Shown here: piece by piece, positions 31,027-43,095 of the stretch
How positions within the stretch are numbered: position 1 is the first letter of the stretch
Layout of the letters: each line of letters opens with the position of its first letter
Source of the DNA: Anaerovorax odorimutans
GTDB taxonomy: Bacteria > Bacillota > Clostridia > Peptostreptococcales > JAAYPU01
DNA length: 64,000 nucleotides
Reading direction: 5' to 3'
NCBI GenBank assembly: GCA_016841185.1
Contig: JAENZQ010000003.1
Location: 25,501-89,500, forward strand
Program-made: the position numbers and the translations under genes
Notes under the pieces: generated by a model
What the model was told of the DNA's origin: nothing
The model's database searches: none
Seen by the model: only the letters and a program-made list of their open reading frames with translations

Positions 31027-31569
31027 CTAAACTATTATGGTATCAATAGTTTCTTTAAGGTTTTTAAGCTGATTCTGTATCGAAGCATCTATAACCTTAT
31101 CACCTATTTTTACTTTTATTCCTCCTATTAATGAAGGATCCTGAATTGTATCTAATTTGATTGTTTTGCCTGTAATTTCAGTGAATCTCTTTTCCAGCAT
31201 ACCTATATGCGCATCAGAAAGTTTCACTGCCGAATAAACAATTCCTTCTTCAATGTTATTATATTGATTTGCAAGCTTTGTAAATTCTTTCGAAATATCA
31301 AAAAACCAATGGGTTCTTTTTTTATCCAACAGTATGAATAAGAAATTGATGACTTCATTGCTTATTTTATCTCCGAGGACATCATTTAATAATTTCTTTT
31401 TTTCCTGCTTATTGACCCTCGGAGAATCATATAATTCAAAAAAATCCGGTTCGTTTTTAAAAAGGCTCTTGATGAAATCAATTTGCTCAAGAAAAAGGTC
31501 AACGGACTCTGACTGTTGTGCAACCTCAAACAAAGCTTTCCCATATGTTAGAGCAACTAACTCTGCCAT
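31027..31569 (-). CDS. atpH: F1 ATP synthase delta (OSCP) subunit
   Basis: 180 aa, assigned by operon position and OSCP-like sequence. It overlaps the atpF 3' end by 13 nt. Confidence 0.9.
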   Translation of the reverse strand: MAELVALTYGKALFEVAQQSESVDLFLEQIDFIKSLFKNEPDFFELYDSPRVNKQEKKKLLNDVLGDKISNEVINFLFILLDKKRTHWFFDISKEFTKLANQYNNIEEGIVYSAVKLSDAHIGMLEKRFTEITGKTIKLDTIQDPSLIGGIKVKIGDKVIDASIQNQLKNLKETIDTIIV

Positions 31570-32069
31570 TCGGTTTCCCCTACCTCTTCAACAAATTTTC
31601 TCATCAGTTCGTCATGTTCTTTTTCATCAAGCTTCTTTCTCAATATCTTTTCAGCAGTCATGAAAGCAAGTGAAGTGATTTCATCTTTCAACTCATTCAT
31701 CGCTTTAATATTTTCTCTTTCTATTTCATTTTCCGCATGCTTAATCATAGAAGATGCTTTATCCTGTGCTTCCTTAACAATTTCTCTGCCTTGTTCATCT
31801 GCCTTAAGCCGGGCATCTTTTATAATTTCCCGTCCTTCTTCTTTGATTTGCTCAAGTTTGCCTTCATATTCCGCTTTTAATGCCATAGCATCATTGTGGA
31901 TGGTATCTGCTTCATCAATGGTATCTTCTATTCCTTTTTGGCGAGAAATCATAAATTCTCTAACAGGCTTAAATAGAATTTTCTTTAATACAAGAAAAAT
32001 GATAATTGTATTTATAATCTGGAAAATAAATGTCCATCCAAATTCAACCAGCCCTGTATATACTGCCAT
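31557..32069 (-). CDS. atpF: Fo ATP synthase b subunit
   Basis: 170 aa with a single N-terminal TM helix followed by a long charged helix. Confidence 0.9.
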   Translation of the reverse strand: MAVYTGLVEFGWTFIFQIINTIIIFLVLKKILFKPVREFMISRQKGIEDTIDEADTIHNDAMALKAEYEGKLEQIKEEGREIIKDARLKADEQGREIVKEAQDKASSMIKHAENEIERENIKAMNELKDEITSLAFMTAEKILRKKLDEKEHDELMRKFVEEVGETEWQS

Positions 32070-32104
32070 AGAACACTGCCTCCTTTCCCCGTTTTAAATA
32101 ATGA

Positions 32105-32371
<267 letters not shown>

Positions 32372-32408
32372 TTAAAATTCCTCCTTCAACGGTATATTTA
32401 AGTTAAAT

Positions 32409-33479
<1,071 letters not shown>

Positions 33480-33493
33480 TTATTATTAATTAT

Positions 33494-34192
33494 TTAATCC
33501 ATTGCCATGGAAACAAATACCATCGTCAGCATAACAAATATAAATGATTGAAGAACACCTGCAAAAATGTCGAAATACATATGGAATATAGATGGAATCG
33601 CTACCTCAAAAATAGGAACAGGTAGTCCCAGTTTTACACTTAAACCTGCAAGCGCACCATATAAGAGACTCATAATGATGAGTCCTCCCACAATATTCCC
33701 AAACAAACGAAAAGCCAAGGATATTGGCGTTGCCAATTCACTGATGATATTAAGAGGCAGCATAAAAGGAATCGGCTCTGTAAAGCCTTTTAAATATCCT
33801 AATATACCTTTTTTCCTCACTCCAAAGAAATGAATCATGAAGAATGTAATAATGGCTAAAGCAAATGTTGTATTTGTATCAGCCGTCGGAGCTCTGAATC
33901 CTGTTAATCCCCAGAGATTTGCAAAAACAAGATAAAAAAACAGTGTCCCAACATAAGGGGCAAAACCTAATTTATCTTTTCCCATCCCTTGTTCTGTAAG
34001 CTTGTAAATCATATCTACGATCATTTCTACGGCATTTTGGACTCCTTTGGGTTTCTTCTCAAAGTTTCTTACCAGAATAAGCGCTCCGATAATAAGAACA
34101 CCCATAATGATCCATGTGTTTACAACAGTTTCTGTAATAATAACGCCTCCCGGCAGTTCAAAAATTACTTTAGGTCCAAAATTTGTTTCCAT
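33494..34192 (-). CDS. atpB: Fo ATP synthase a subunit
   Basis: It has a-subunit TM helices with the conserved Arg in LAFRLFGNI. I prefer the start METNFGPK at the ATG 34190-34192, preceded by GGAAAGGAGGG. The track's 53-aa N-terminal extension to 34351 overlaps atpI and looks non-coding. Confidence 0.9.
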   Translation of the reverse strand: METNFGPKVIFELPGGVIITETVVNTWIIMGVLIIGALILVRNFEKKPKGVQNAVEMIVDMIYKLTEQGMGKDKLGFAPYVGTLFFYLVFANLWGLTGFRAPTADTNTTFALAIITFFMIHFFGVRKKGILGYLKGFTEPIPFMLPLNIISELATPISLAFRLFGNIVGGLIIMSLLYGALAGLSVKLGLPVPIFEVAIPSIFHMYFDIFAGVLQSFIFVMLTMVFVSMAMD

Positions 34193-34310
34193 TTTAACCC
34201 TCCTTTCCAGCTTACATTTATTATCGTTAAGGTTATTACCATAACATACAAAATTAAAATTATAGAAGTCCGTATACTTAAAATTATATAGCTTTAATCT
34301 TAAATATATA

Positions 34311-34709
34311 TTATTTTTTTCTAAAAATTTTTTTATAATACGTTTTGTCATTAAAAGCGTATCTTATTAGTATAACTACTTTAATTAGCAATAATCCAAT
34401 AATCGTTCCTATGACATTTATGTAATCCGCCTTTATGGAAATATACAAAACAACCCCATAAATGGTATATCTTATAAAGTATCTGGATGTTGCATAAGCT
34501 TTTGCTTTTTCCGGAGCCATCCGGGCTGCCCGCTCAATAGTATTGGCCAGCAAAGTAAAATTTAAAGTTGCAATAAGTGTGCCAAAAATCAATCCGTATA
34601 TTAACGGAACATAATCCTCTATAAAAAATACCAAAAACCCTGCTGCCACACATGCCAATATAATTGTATATTTATACACATTTATTTTCAAATCAGTAGT
34701 TTCACTCAT
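34311..34709 (-). CDS. atpI: ATP synthase protein I
   Basis: 132 aa small hydrophobic protein directly upstream of atpB. Confidence 0.75.
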   Translation of the reverse strand: MSETTDLKINVYKYTIILACVAAGFLVFFIEDYVPLIYGLIFGTLIATLNFTLLANTIERAARMAPEKAKAYATSRYFIRYTIYGVVLYISIKADYINVIGTIIGLLLIKVVILIRYAFNDKTYYKKIFRKK

Positions 34710-34728
34710 TTTTTACTCCTGTTATGAT

Positions 34729-34956
34729 TCAAGATTTGTCTTTCTTGATATCCTTCATTACCGTTTTATATATATTCATAAATCCTGTCATAACACCGAT
34801 TATTGTAAGGACAATCAGAAATAAATTTCCCGTATTAAACTTTGTATCTAATAAACCGCCCAGATAAACTCCGGCAATAATGGGTATTACCATGAGCAAG
34901 CCCATATGGGTTATAAGAGCAAGACCTTTGAAAATTGAAAATCGGTTATCCGACAT
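34729..34956 (-). CDS. atpZ: AtpZ/AtpR-like small membrane protein (first gene of the atp operon)
   Basis: 75 aa with two TM helices, in the position upstream of atpI seen in many Firmicutes. Confidence 0.65.
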   Translation of the reverse strand: MSDNRFSIFKGLALITHMGLLMVIPIIAGVYLGGLLDTKFNTGNLFLIVLTIIGVMTGFMNIYKTVMKDIKKDKS

Positions 34957-35218
34957 GGTTCAATCCTTTCAGACAAAAAGTCTATAATATTATAATTATA
35001 TCTCTAATCAGGCAATTGTAAAGGTGTCTCATGACTATTTCTTCACAATATTTTTTTTATTTGATAAAAAACGGGCTCGAATTGTACAAAATTGCATACA
35101 CCTTGTTCTAAAAATGATACAAAATAAAAAAGCCTGTAAAGATAGTCTGATTATTCAATCTTCATAAACAGGCCAAAATATCCAACTAAACTTTCGCAAC
35201 TGAAAAATTACATTTATT

Positions 35219-36349
35219 CTATATGCCGAAGGATTCTTTAATAATTTTAACAATCCTGTCTGAAGCTTTCCCGTCGCCATACGGATTAACGGCTTTAGCC
35301 ATTCTGTCATATTCCTTCCGGTGGAAAAGCAGATCTCTTGCCATCTCAAAGATTGCTTTTCTTTGGACCCCTGCCAGTTTCACAGTGCCTGCTTCTATGG
35401 CTTCGGGTCTTTCTGTTTCTTTTCTTACCACCAAAACAGGTTTTCCAAGAGCCGGAGCTTCCTCCTGCAATCCTCCTGAATCTGTGATGATCAGATAAGA
35501 CATGGACATGAGTTTAACAAAAGGTTGATATTCTAACGGATTAATCAAATGAATTCGTTCAATATCCCCTAATATTTCTGCTGCTATGCTTCTCACCTTC
35601 GGGTTTAAATGTACGGGAAAAACGATTTCTATGTCAGAAAACATTTCTGTAAGGTCCCTTAATGCATAAAAAATATTCTGCATGTATTCACCGAGGTTTT
35701 CCCTTCTATGACAAGTCACCGTAATAATTCTTTTATTAAAGTCAACTTTTAGTAACTCAGGATCACTAAAAGAATATTCTTTTTTTGAGGTTTCTATCAG
35801 TGCATCGATGACCGTATTGCCTGTTAGATATATTCTGTTTTCAGGTATCCCTTCCTTTAAAAGGTTCTGCTTGTTTCTGAAGGTAGGTGCAAAGTGAAAA
35901 TCAGAAATATGGCCTGTAAGTGTTCTGTTCATTTCTTCCGGAAAGGGTGAATATTTATTGCAGGTTCTCAGCCCGGCCTCTACATGCCCTATCTTGACCT
36001 GATGATAAAAAGCAGCCAAAGCGCCTGCAAAAGTTGTGGTGGTATCTCCATGGATCAGTATGATTTTAGGGTCGGCTTCTCTGATTACAGCTTCCAGTCC
36101 TTCTAATACTCTGGAAGTTATCTGCGTTAAAGTCTGGTTTTTTTTCATGATATCCAAATCAAAATCAGGTGTTATCTTAAAAAGATCAAGAACCTGATCC
36201 AACATTTCCCGGTGCTGTGCCGTTACACAGACACGGGCCTCTATTAATTCTTCCTGCTTGAGTCTGTTGATCAGGGGCGCCATTTTTATGGCTTCGGGTC
36301 TTGTTCCGAATATTGTAAGTACTTTTATTTTATCCTTATTATTTTTCAT
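35219..36349 (-). CDS. mnaA: UDP-N-acetylglucosamine 2-epimerase (non-hydrolysing)
   Basis: 376 aa with the WecB/MnaA family signature (VLTIFGTRPEAIKMAPL, HVEAGLRT, DSGGLQEEAP). Confidence 0.9.
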   Translation of the reverse strand: MKNNKDKIKVLTIFGTRPEAIKMAPLINRLKQEELIEARVCVTAQHREMLDQVLDLFKITPDFDLDIMKKNQTLTQITSRVLEGLEAVIREADPKIILIHGDTTTTFAGALAAFYHQVKIGHVEAGLRTCNKYSPFPEEMNRTLTGHISDFHFAPTFRNKQNLLKEGIPENRIYLTGNTVIDALIETSKKEYSFSDPELLKVDFNKRIITVTCHRRENLGEYMQNIFYALRDLTEMFSDIEIVFPVHLNPKVRSIAAEILGDIERIHLINPLEYQPFVKLMSMSYLIITDSGGLQEEAPALGKPVLVVRKETERPEAIEAGTVKLAGVQRKAIFEMARDLLFHRKEYDRMAKAVNPYGDGKASDRIVKIIKESFGI

Positions 36350-36361
36350 ATAGCGGCTCCT

Positions 36362-37402
36362 TTAACGGCGGTCTCTTTGGTTATCATCAATCTGTTCTTC
36401 TCTTTTTGTATAGGAAAATACATAAACAAGAGCAAAGGTAAGAATAATCAGAAGAAAGCCATAGACAAACATATTATTATTCACAAGCACAGCTGCTATT
36501 CCCAAAATACCGCTTAAAGTATAAAATACGATAACAGTCCTTTTCTGGTCCATTCCTTTTGAAAGTATCCGGTGATGGAGATGTTCCTTATCGGCTTCCA
36601 TAATAGGTTTTCTTTTTATAATACGCCGGAAAATAGCAAAAGCCGTATCAAAAATCGGCAGCCCCAAGACCAATACCGGTATGATGGTTGCAATGGCAGC
36701 TGCCCCTTTCATAGGGCCTACGATAGAAACTGCCGCCAGCATAAAGCCTAAGAACAATGAACCTCCATCCCCCATAAAAATTTTAGCAGGATTAAAATTG
36801 AACGGTAAAAAACCCATAGAGCTTCCTGCTACAGCCAGCGTAATCAATGATACTTCAGGTCTTTGGTTTATGTAGGCGATATAGGCAAGGGACAAAGATG
36901 CAATAGCCGCAACTCCTGCAGCCAAACCGTCCAAACCATCAATAAGATTGATGGTATTCGTTATGCCGGCAATCCAGATAACCGTAACAATCAGACTGAT
37001 AATCCACGGAAAATATAAATAGCCGCTACCAAAAGGCACTCCAATAAAATGAATCCTGACACCGAAAGTAAACAGGACGATGGCACTGGCTGCTTGACAT
37101 GCCAGTTTGGCCCATGGAGAAAGCTTATAAATATCGTCCGCTATTCCGGTTATGAGAATAACCGTCCCGCCTAAAAGAATACCGGTCACTTCAGGAGAAT
37201 AAGGGAGTACCAATACGATGCTTGCAACCGTCCCAAGGTATATGGCAATCCCTCCCAACCTTGGAATAGGGCTGGTATGCATCCTCCGGTCGTCACTCGG
37301 TACATCCATTGCACCTATTCGAATTGCAAGTTTAAGCGCAACAGGAGTAAAAATGTAGGCAATACCTGCCGCAATCAGAAATATCAGTATATATTTAAAC
37401 AT
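36362..37402 (-). CDS. tagO: Undecaprenyl-phosphate GlcNAc-1-phosphate transferase (MraY/WecA/TagO family)
   Basis: 346 aa and polytopic, with NLIDGLDGLA and FMGDGGS motifs. Confidence 0.85.
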   Translation of the reverse strand: MFKYILIFLIAAGIAYIFTPVALKLAIRIGAMDVPSDDRRMHTSPIPRLGGIAIYLGTVASIVLVLPYSPEVTGILLGGTVILITGIADDIYKLSPWAKLACQAASAIVLFTFGVRIHFIGVPFGSGYLYFPWIISLIVTVIWIAGITNTINLIDGLDGLAAGVAAIASLSLAYIAYINQRPEVSLITLAVAGSSMGFLPFNFNPAKIFMGDGGSLFLGFMLAAVSIVGPMKGAAAIATIIPVLVLGLPIFDTAFAIFRRIIKRKPIMEADKEHLHHRILSKGMDQKRTVIVFYTLSGILGIAAVLVNNNMFVYGFLLIILTFALVYVFSYTKREEQIDDNQRDRR

Positions 37403-37533
37403 TTAATTATCCTCCGCTTTTTAAATACGGTACGATTTCATTGTATCAAAACCGATATAGTGAAATCAATACATGCGTTCATCCGCACAAAAAAATATTA
37501 TCCCTTCAATGCTAAATTATTCAAATTTTCTAA

Positions 37534-38022
37534 TCAATATCCCGTCTGCTCTGTCAGGGATTCGTCGTTTCTGACCCAGTCTTCTACTTTTATAAAACGA
37601 TAGTTCTGATTGGTGTCACGGACAAATACGTTTTTTATTCCTGCGTTGATAATAAGCCTCTTACACATGGAGCAGGAATCTGCACCTTTAACAAGTTCGC
37701 CCGTGGTTTTTTCTCTTCCCACCAAAAATAAATCTGCTCCGAGCATATCCCTGCGGGCCGCCGAAAGACAGGCATTGGCCTCTGCATGGACCGATCTGCA
37801 TTTTTCATACATTTGCCCTCTTGGAATACACATTTTTTCCCTTATACAGACATTTATATCTATGCAGTTCTTTCTTCCCCTGGGAGCTCCGGTATATCCG
37901 GTAGATATGATCTCATCATTCTTCACGATAATGGCCCCAAAGTTTCGTCTCAGACAAGTACCTCTCTCCGATACGGTATCAGCAATATCCAAATAATAAT
38001 TTATTTTATCTCTCCGAAGCAC
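37534..38022 (-). CDS. comEB: dCMP deaminase (ComEB-type)
   Basis: 162 aa with zinc motifs HAEANA and PCSMCKRLI. Confidence 0.85.
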   Translation of the reverse strand: MLRRDKINYYLDIADTVSERGTCLRRNFGAIIVKNDEIISTGYTGAPRGRKNCIDINVCIREKMCIPRGQMYEKCRSVHAEANACLSAARRDMLGADLFLVGREKTTGELVKGADSCSMCKRLIINAGIKNVFVRDTNQNYRFIKVEDWVRNDESLTEQTGY

Positions 38023-38040
38023 AAAATTACCCCCTTGTGG

Positions 38041-38213
38041 AGTTAAGATAGAGATTAAAGGTTAGGGGTTAGGGAAGTTGCTTTTGGTAATAATTCTACC
38101 TTAACTGTTATCTCTTATTTATTATCTCTTATCTTCCCTATTCCTCCAAGTTCCTATCCTTCCAACCCTCCGCCCTTCTGACCTTCTATCCTTCTTCACT
38201 TAGACCTTCCGCC
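38041..38213. repeat. Composite intergenic element, copy 7, between metH and comEB
   Basis: It opens with agttaagatagagattaaaggttaggggttagggaag. A long C/T-rich arm follows, containing ctgttatctcttatttattatctcttatc and ctgaccttctatc. The latter (38178-38190) is identical to 15638-15650. Confidence 0.8.
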
Positions 38214-40592
38214 TTATTTTGTCTCCTGTCCTCGAAACAGTTCATTGGCGACTCTTACTGCGGCCATTCCGTCTTTGCAATAGAAATCTGCTCCTATTTG
38301 TGTTGAGTATTCAGGGTTAAGCACAGCACCTCCTACCATCACTTTACATTTTAACCCTTCGCCCTTAAGCGCCTGAATGGTTTTCTCCATACTTGTAACC
38401 GTTGTGGTCATCAAAGCGCTGAGACCAACTAAATGAACATCATTTTCTTTGACTGCCTTTACAACATCTTCTATCGGTACATCTTTTCCTAAATCCAGCA
38501 CCTCATAGCCATAATTTTCGAGAAGAACCTTCACGATATTTTTCCCAATATCATGAATATCTCCCCGCACTGTAGCAAGGATTATCTTTCCGTGATACAG
38601 GGAATCTTCATCATTTGCAAGGTTTTCTTTAATAACTTCAAAGGCCTTTTTAACAGTCTCTGCCGATTTTATCAATTGAGGCAGAAAAATCTCACCGGTT
38701 TCGAATTTTTGACCGACTATTTCCAATGCGGGTATCAGATAACGGTTTACAATCTCAAGAGGTTCTGAAGTCTTTAACATCTCAAGGGTTTCCCAACGGG
38801 ATTTATCTGTTAATCCTTTTATAATAATCTCATCCAACGACTCTCTTTTATTTTTTTGCTTGCTAAACTCCTCTTTTTCTTCAGAAAAAAATGATATATA
38901 GTCCTGGGCTTCTTTGTCTTTTACGCTTAATACTTCAAACGCCCTGATGATATCCATCACTTCTTTGTCTGCTGGATCTGTGATCGGTGCATCTAACCCA
39001 TAGGTCAGCGCTGCTGCAAGAAAAGTTTTGTTGAGTATTTTCCTCCGGGGAAGGCCAAAGGATATATTGCTTGTTCCAAGAGTCGTCCTCACCCCATAGT
39101 GCTCCTTAATGATTTTCATCGCCTTCAATGTTTCCAGAGCAGCTTCCTGCTGTGCAGATACCGTAAGAGTCAGGCAATCTACGATGATCCTTTCTTTATT
39201 TATTCCATAATTCTGTGCATATTGAATAATTTTACCTGCTATATCCACACGTTCTTCACAGGATTCCGGCAAGCCCTTTTCATCCAATGTCAATGCAACC
39301 ACACAGGTTCCATACTTTTTAACAATGGGGAATATGGAATCCATTACACTTTTTTTACCATTGACGGAATTGATGATTGGTTTTCCGTTGTAATACCGAA
39401 CTGCCTGTTCAAGAACTTCGGGATCCGAGCTGTCTATCTGTAACGGAAGATCAACTGTCTGCTCAACATGTCTGATAACCTTGTGCATCATCTCTTTTTC
39501 ATTAATTTCGGGCAACCCCACATTAATATCAAGAATATGAGCACCTTGCTCAGACTGGAGCAATGCTTCGTCAGCAATGTATCCCATATTTCCTTCTCTT
39601 AAAGCCTCTTTCAACAATTTTTTACCTGTAGGGTTGATCCTTTCTCCAATAATGCGAATCCTCTCATCCAACATAATGGTACGGCTAAAAGAGCTGACTG
39701 CCGTAAATGGCAAAACTTTTATTCTTTTAGGTTTTTTGTTTGATACGGTTTCCTTTAATCGATGGATATATTCAGGTGTTGTGCCGCAGCATCCTCCCGC
39801 AATCTGAACTCCTTCATCTATCATCTTTGCCATCGCATTGATATATGTCTCGATATTGACCTGAAATCTGGTTTCTCCATTTACCACTTCAGGAAGACCT
39901 GCATTCGGCTGAACCAATACAGGAAGCCGGGAATATTTCAGGACCTGAAATACAATATCGGTAATCTGGTCCGGTCCAAGAGAACAGTTAACGCCCAAAG
40001 CATCGATCCCCATATCCTGCAGAACATTTACCATGGTAAGGGGGTCCGTCCCCATTAAAGTCCGTCCGTCTTCCTGAAAGGTAACAGAGCAGAATACCGG
40101 TAAATGACTATTTTCTTTTGCTGCAAGTATACCTGCTCTTATTTCATAAATGTCGGAGAAAGTTTCAAAGAGGATCAAATCAGCTCCTGCTTGTGTCCCT
40201 GCAATAATTTGCTCTTTAAACAACTGATAAGCTTCTTCAAAGGATAAATCTCCTGCAGGTGCCATCATCTTACCTGTAGGTCCTATGCCCAATGCCACGC
40301 ACTTATTGCAGCCCGCTGCTTTTCTTGCTATTTTAACAGCTTCTTTTACAATAGTTTCCGCCGGGTAACCGCTTTTTTCAAGTTTTAATGAATTTGCCCC
40401 AAATGTATTGGTTGTGACCACATCACTACCGGCTTCTATGTATTCTTTATGGATCTTTTGTATTACTTCAGGACTGGTTATGTTCAAAAGATCCGGAAGT
40501 TCTCCAAGTTCCAGTCCATACTTTTGAATCATGGTTCCCATGGCCCCGTCAAAAATAATGATTTTTTTCCCCAGTACATTTTTTATATTCAT
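38214..40592 (-). CDS. metH: Cobalamin-dependent methionine synthase, short form (Hcy-MT, pterin-binding and B12-binding domains; no AdoMet reactivation domain)
   Basis: 792 aa. It has an N-terminal homocysteine S-methyltransferase domain, a pterin-binding TIM barrel, and a B12 motif GDIHDIGKN (DxHxxG) near the C-terminus. Confidence 0.85.
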   Translation of the reverse strand: MNIKNVLGKKIIIFDGAMGTMIQKYGLELGELPDLLNITSPEVIQKIHKEYIEAGSDVVTTNTFGANSLKLEKSGYPAETIVKEAVKIARKAAGCNKCVALGIGPTGKMMAPAGDLSFEEAYQLFKEQIIAGTQAGADLILFETFSDIYEIRAGILAAKENSHLPVFCSVTFQEDGRTLMGTDPLTMVNVLQDMGIDALGVNCSLGPDQITDIVFQVLKYSRLPVLVQPNAGLPEVVNGETRFQVNIETYINAMAKMIDEGVQIAGGCCGTTPEYIHRLKETVSNKKPKRIKVLPFTAVSSFSRTIMLDERIRIIGERINPTGKKLLKEALREGNMGYIADEALLQSEQGAHILDINVGLPEINEKEMMHKVIRHVEQTVDLPLQIDSSDPEVLEQAVRYYNGKPIINSVNGKKSVMDSIFPIVKKYGTCVVALTLDEKGLPESCEERVDIAGKIIQYAQNYGINKERIIVDCLTLTVSAQQEAALETLKAMKIIKEHYGVRTTLGTSNISFGLPRRKILNKTFLAAALTYGLDAPITDPADKEVMDIIRAFEVLSVKDKEAQDYISFFSEEKEEFSKQKNKRESLDEIIIKGLTDKSRWETLEMLKTSEPLEIVNRYLIPALEIVGQKFETGEIFLPQLIKSAETVKKAFEVIKENLANDEDSLYHGKIILATVRGDIHDIGKNIVKVLLENYGYEVLDLGKDVPIEDVVKAVKENDVHLVGLSALMTTTVTSMEKTIQALKGEGLKCKVMVGGAVLNPEYSTQIGADFYCKDGMAAVRVANELFRGQETK

Positions 40593-40605
40593 TTCTAATC
40601 ACCAC

Positions 40606-41490
40606 TTATTCTTTGCCTATATTCCTTATCATTTTTATGTTTTTTGCAATTTTTCTTGCTGTTTCCGATTTATTCATTGTATATAAATGGATGCCGTCTA
40701 CGCCCCATGCCATCAGGTCAATAATCTGCTCTAAGGCATATGCTTCCCCAGCCTCTTTCAAAGCCTCAGGGTTATTCTCATATTTTTCCAAAATTCTCCT
40801 GAACTTGGAAGGAAGACTGCATCCGGCAAGCTTCTGCATCCTTAATATTTGTTTTGCATTCAATACCGGCATGATCCCTGCCGAAACAGGCACTTGTATC
40901 CCAGCCAGATCTATTTCTTCCATAAACCGATAAAACAGTTCATTATCAAAAAATAACTGAGATATGAGGAAATCAACACCGGCATCTACTTTTTCCTTAA
41001 GGTGTTTTATATCTCGGACCTTATTTTCACATTTGGGATGCCCTTCCGGATAACAGGCTGCGCCTATTGAAACCTTCCGGGAATGATTGATCTGTTGTAT
41101 CAAATCTTTTGCATAAGTATATTGAAGAGGAGAAGGAAACTCAAAATCAGGGTTTTCCGGTATGTCACCTCTTAATGCCAGAATATTTTCTATGTGATTC
41201 ATATGCAAGGCATGTAAGATATCATCTATTTCATCGGTAGTAGAAGAAATACAGGTCAAATGAGCCAATGCCTCTATATGGTACTCATTTTTTATTTTTG
41301 AAGCGATTTCTACCGTTCTGTCTTTAGACGTGCCACCCGCTCCATAAGTAACGCTTATGAAATCCGGTTTCAAGTCTTTTAGTTCCTCTATGGTCTGAAA
41401 TACGGTTTTTAGAGGGTAATTTTTCTTTGGAGGAAAAATTTCAAAAGACAGTAGTGTCCTTTTTTTATCGTAAAGATCCTTTATTTTCAT
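40606..41490 (-). CDS. metF: 5,10-methylenetetrahydrofolate reductase
   Basis: 294 aa. LSFEIFPPK and SVTYGAGG are MetF family motifs. Confidence 0.85.
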   Translation of the reverse strand: MKIKDLYDKKRTLLSFEIFPPKKNYPLKTVFQTIEELKDLKPDFISVTYGAGGTSKDRTVEIASKIKNEYHIEALAHLTCISSTTDEIDDILHALHMNHIENILALRGDIPENPDFEFPSPLQYTYAKDLIQQINHSRKVSIGAACYPEGHPKCENKVRDIKHLKEKVDAGVDFLISQLFFDNELFYRFMEEIDLAGIQVPVSAGIMPVLNAKQILRMQKLAGCSLPSKFRRILEKYENNPEALKEAGEAYALEQIIDLMAWGVDGIHLYTMNKSETARKIAKNIKMIRNIGKE

Positions 41491-41570
41491 AATGTCCCCC
41501 TTCTTTTACAAAAATTGTTTATATATTATACCATAAAAACAAAGAGGCATTCCACCTTTTAGGATATTGT

Positions 41571-41762
41571 TTATAGAGTAAGGATTATAGATTATAACCT
41601 ATAAAAGGTTATGGAAGATTGGAGGATGAGAAGCATTTAAAATTTGATTAATATAGTAGGGACAGCCCTTGCGGCTGCCCAAGAATCGAAGGACAGGGTC
41701 AAGCCCTGTCCCTGCGAACACTAATCATTACCACTAATCACTAACCTCTAACCCCTAACAAC
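41571..41762. repeat. Composite intergenic element, copy 8, between upp and metF
   Basis: It contains aggattatagattat at 41581-41595, identical to 43208-43222. GC hairpins include ggacaggg tcaag ccctgtcc. The arm actaatcattaccactaatcactaacctctaacccctaac follows. 41744-41758 is the exact reverse complement of ttaggggttagaggt at 15512-15526. Confidence 0.85.
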
Positions 41763-41764
41763 TG

Positions 41765-42415
<651 letters not shown>

Positions 42416-42528
42416 TTATTATTTTTATTCTTTCCAACTCTAATTGGACAAAAAGCATTTGACTAATATCCCTATGAATAGGGATAGCCAAGAACTCTGT
42501 TTATAAAAAAAGTGAAAAACAGAGTTTC

Positions 42529-42984
42529 TCACTTTTTGTTCAAATACTTATTCTCAACTTCATGAATTTTTTGGACTCTTCTTTCATGCCTGCCGCCAAT
42601 GAATTCTGTATCCAGCCATGCATCAACAATTTCAGATGCAAGGCCTTTTCCTATCACTCTTCCCCCAAGAGCTAAAATATTTACATTATTATGTGCCTTG
42701 GACATTTTAGCTGAAAATACATCTGAAACAACTGCGCAGCGTATACCGGGCACTTTATTGGCCGCTATGGAAATTCCAATGCCTGTCCCGCAAAAAACAA
42801 TTGCATAGTCACACTTTCCGGACAGAATCGCTTCAGCAGCTTTTTCTCCGAATTCCGGATAATCTACCGATTCTTCCGAATAAGTTCCTAAATCTATATA
42901 TTGTATCTTTCTTTCTTCAAGGTGGTTTTTTATATCTTCTTTTAAAAGGTATCCGCCATGATCACTTGCAAGCCCAACTACCAC
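42529..42984 (-). CDS. rpiB: Ribose-5-phosphate isomerase B
   Basis: 151 aa with RpiB/LacAB family motifs (ASDHGG, CGTGIG). Confidence 0.9.
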   Translation of the reverse strand: MVVGLASDHGGYLLKEDIKNHLEERKIQYIDLGTYSEESVDYPEFGEKAAEAILSGKCDYAIVFCGTGIGISIAANKVPGIRCAVVSDVFSAKMSKAHNNVNILALGGRVIGKGLASEIVDAWLDTEFIGGRHERRVQKIHEVENKYLNKK

Positions 42985-43095
42985 TTTTCAGCCTCCTGTT
43001 TATCAATTAAATTCCCATTTAATTTTATTGGTTACATGATAAGATGTCAAGGCAAAATAAAAGCTTTGACAATTATAAAAGAAAATTTGTCAAAG

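Noticed and set aside
34193-34351. 53-aa N-terminal extension of atpB in the ORF track (MTKRIIKKFLEKNNIYLRL…).
   Set aside because: The extension overlaps the atpI 3' end, is Asn/Lys/Tyr-rich AT-driven sequence, and has no RBS. The internal ATG at 34190-34192 has a strong GGAGGG RBS and gives a normal a-subunit N-terminus.
38059-38077. Telomere-like TTAGGG(G)TTAGGG strings (also at 15512-15526 and 6264-6275) as G-quadruplex or telomeric sequence.
   Set aside because: There are only two or three short G-runs per copy, too few for a canonical four-run G4. The resemblance to eukaryotic telomere repeats is most likely coincidental. I treated these strings as one word class of the repeat family.
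41491-41764. Expected SAM-I (S-box) riboswitch upstream of metF-metH.
   Set aside because: No S-box core (…GAGGGA…GCCC… four-way junction pattern) is visible on the minus strand. The region is occupied by a composite repeat copy. An Infernal scan would settle it.
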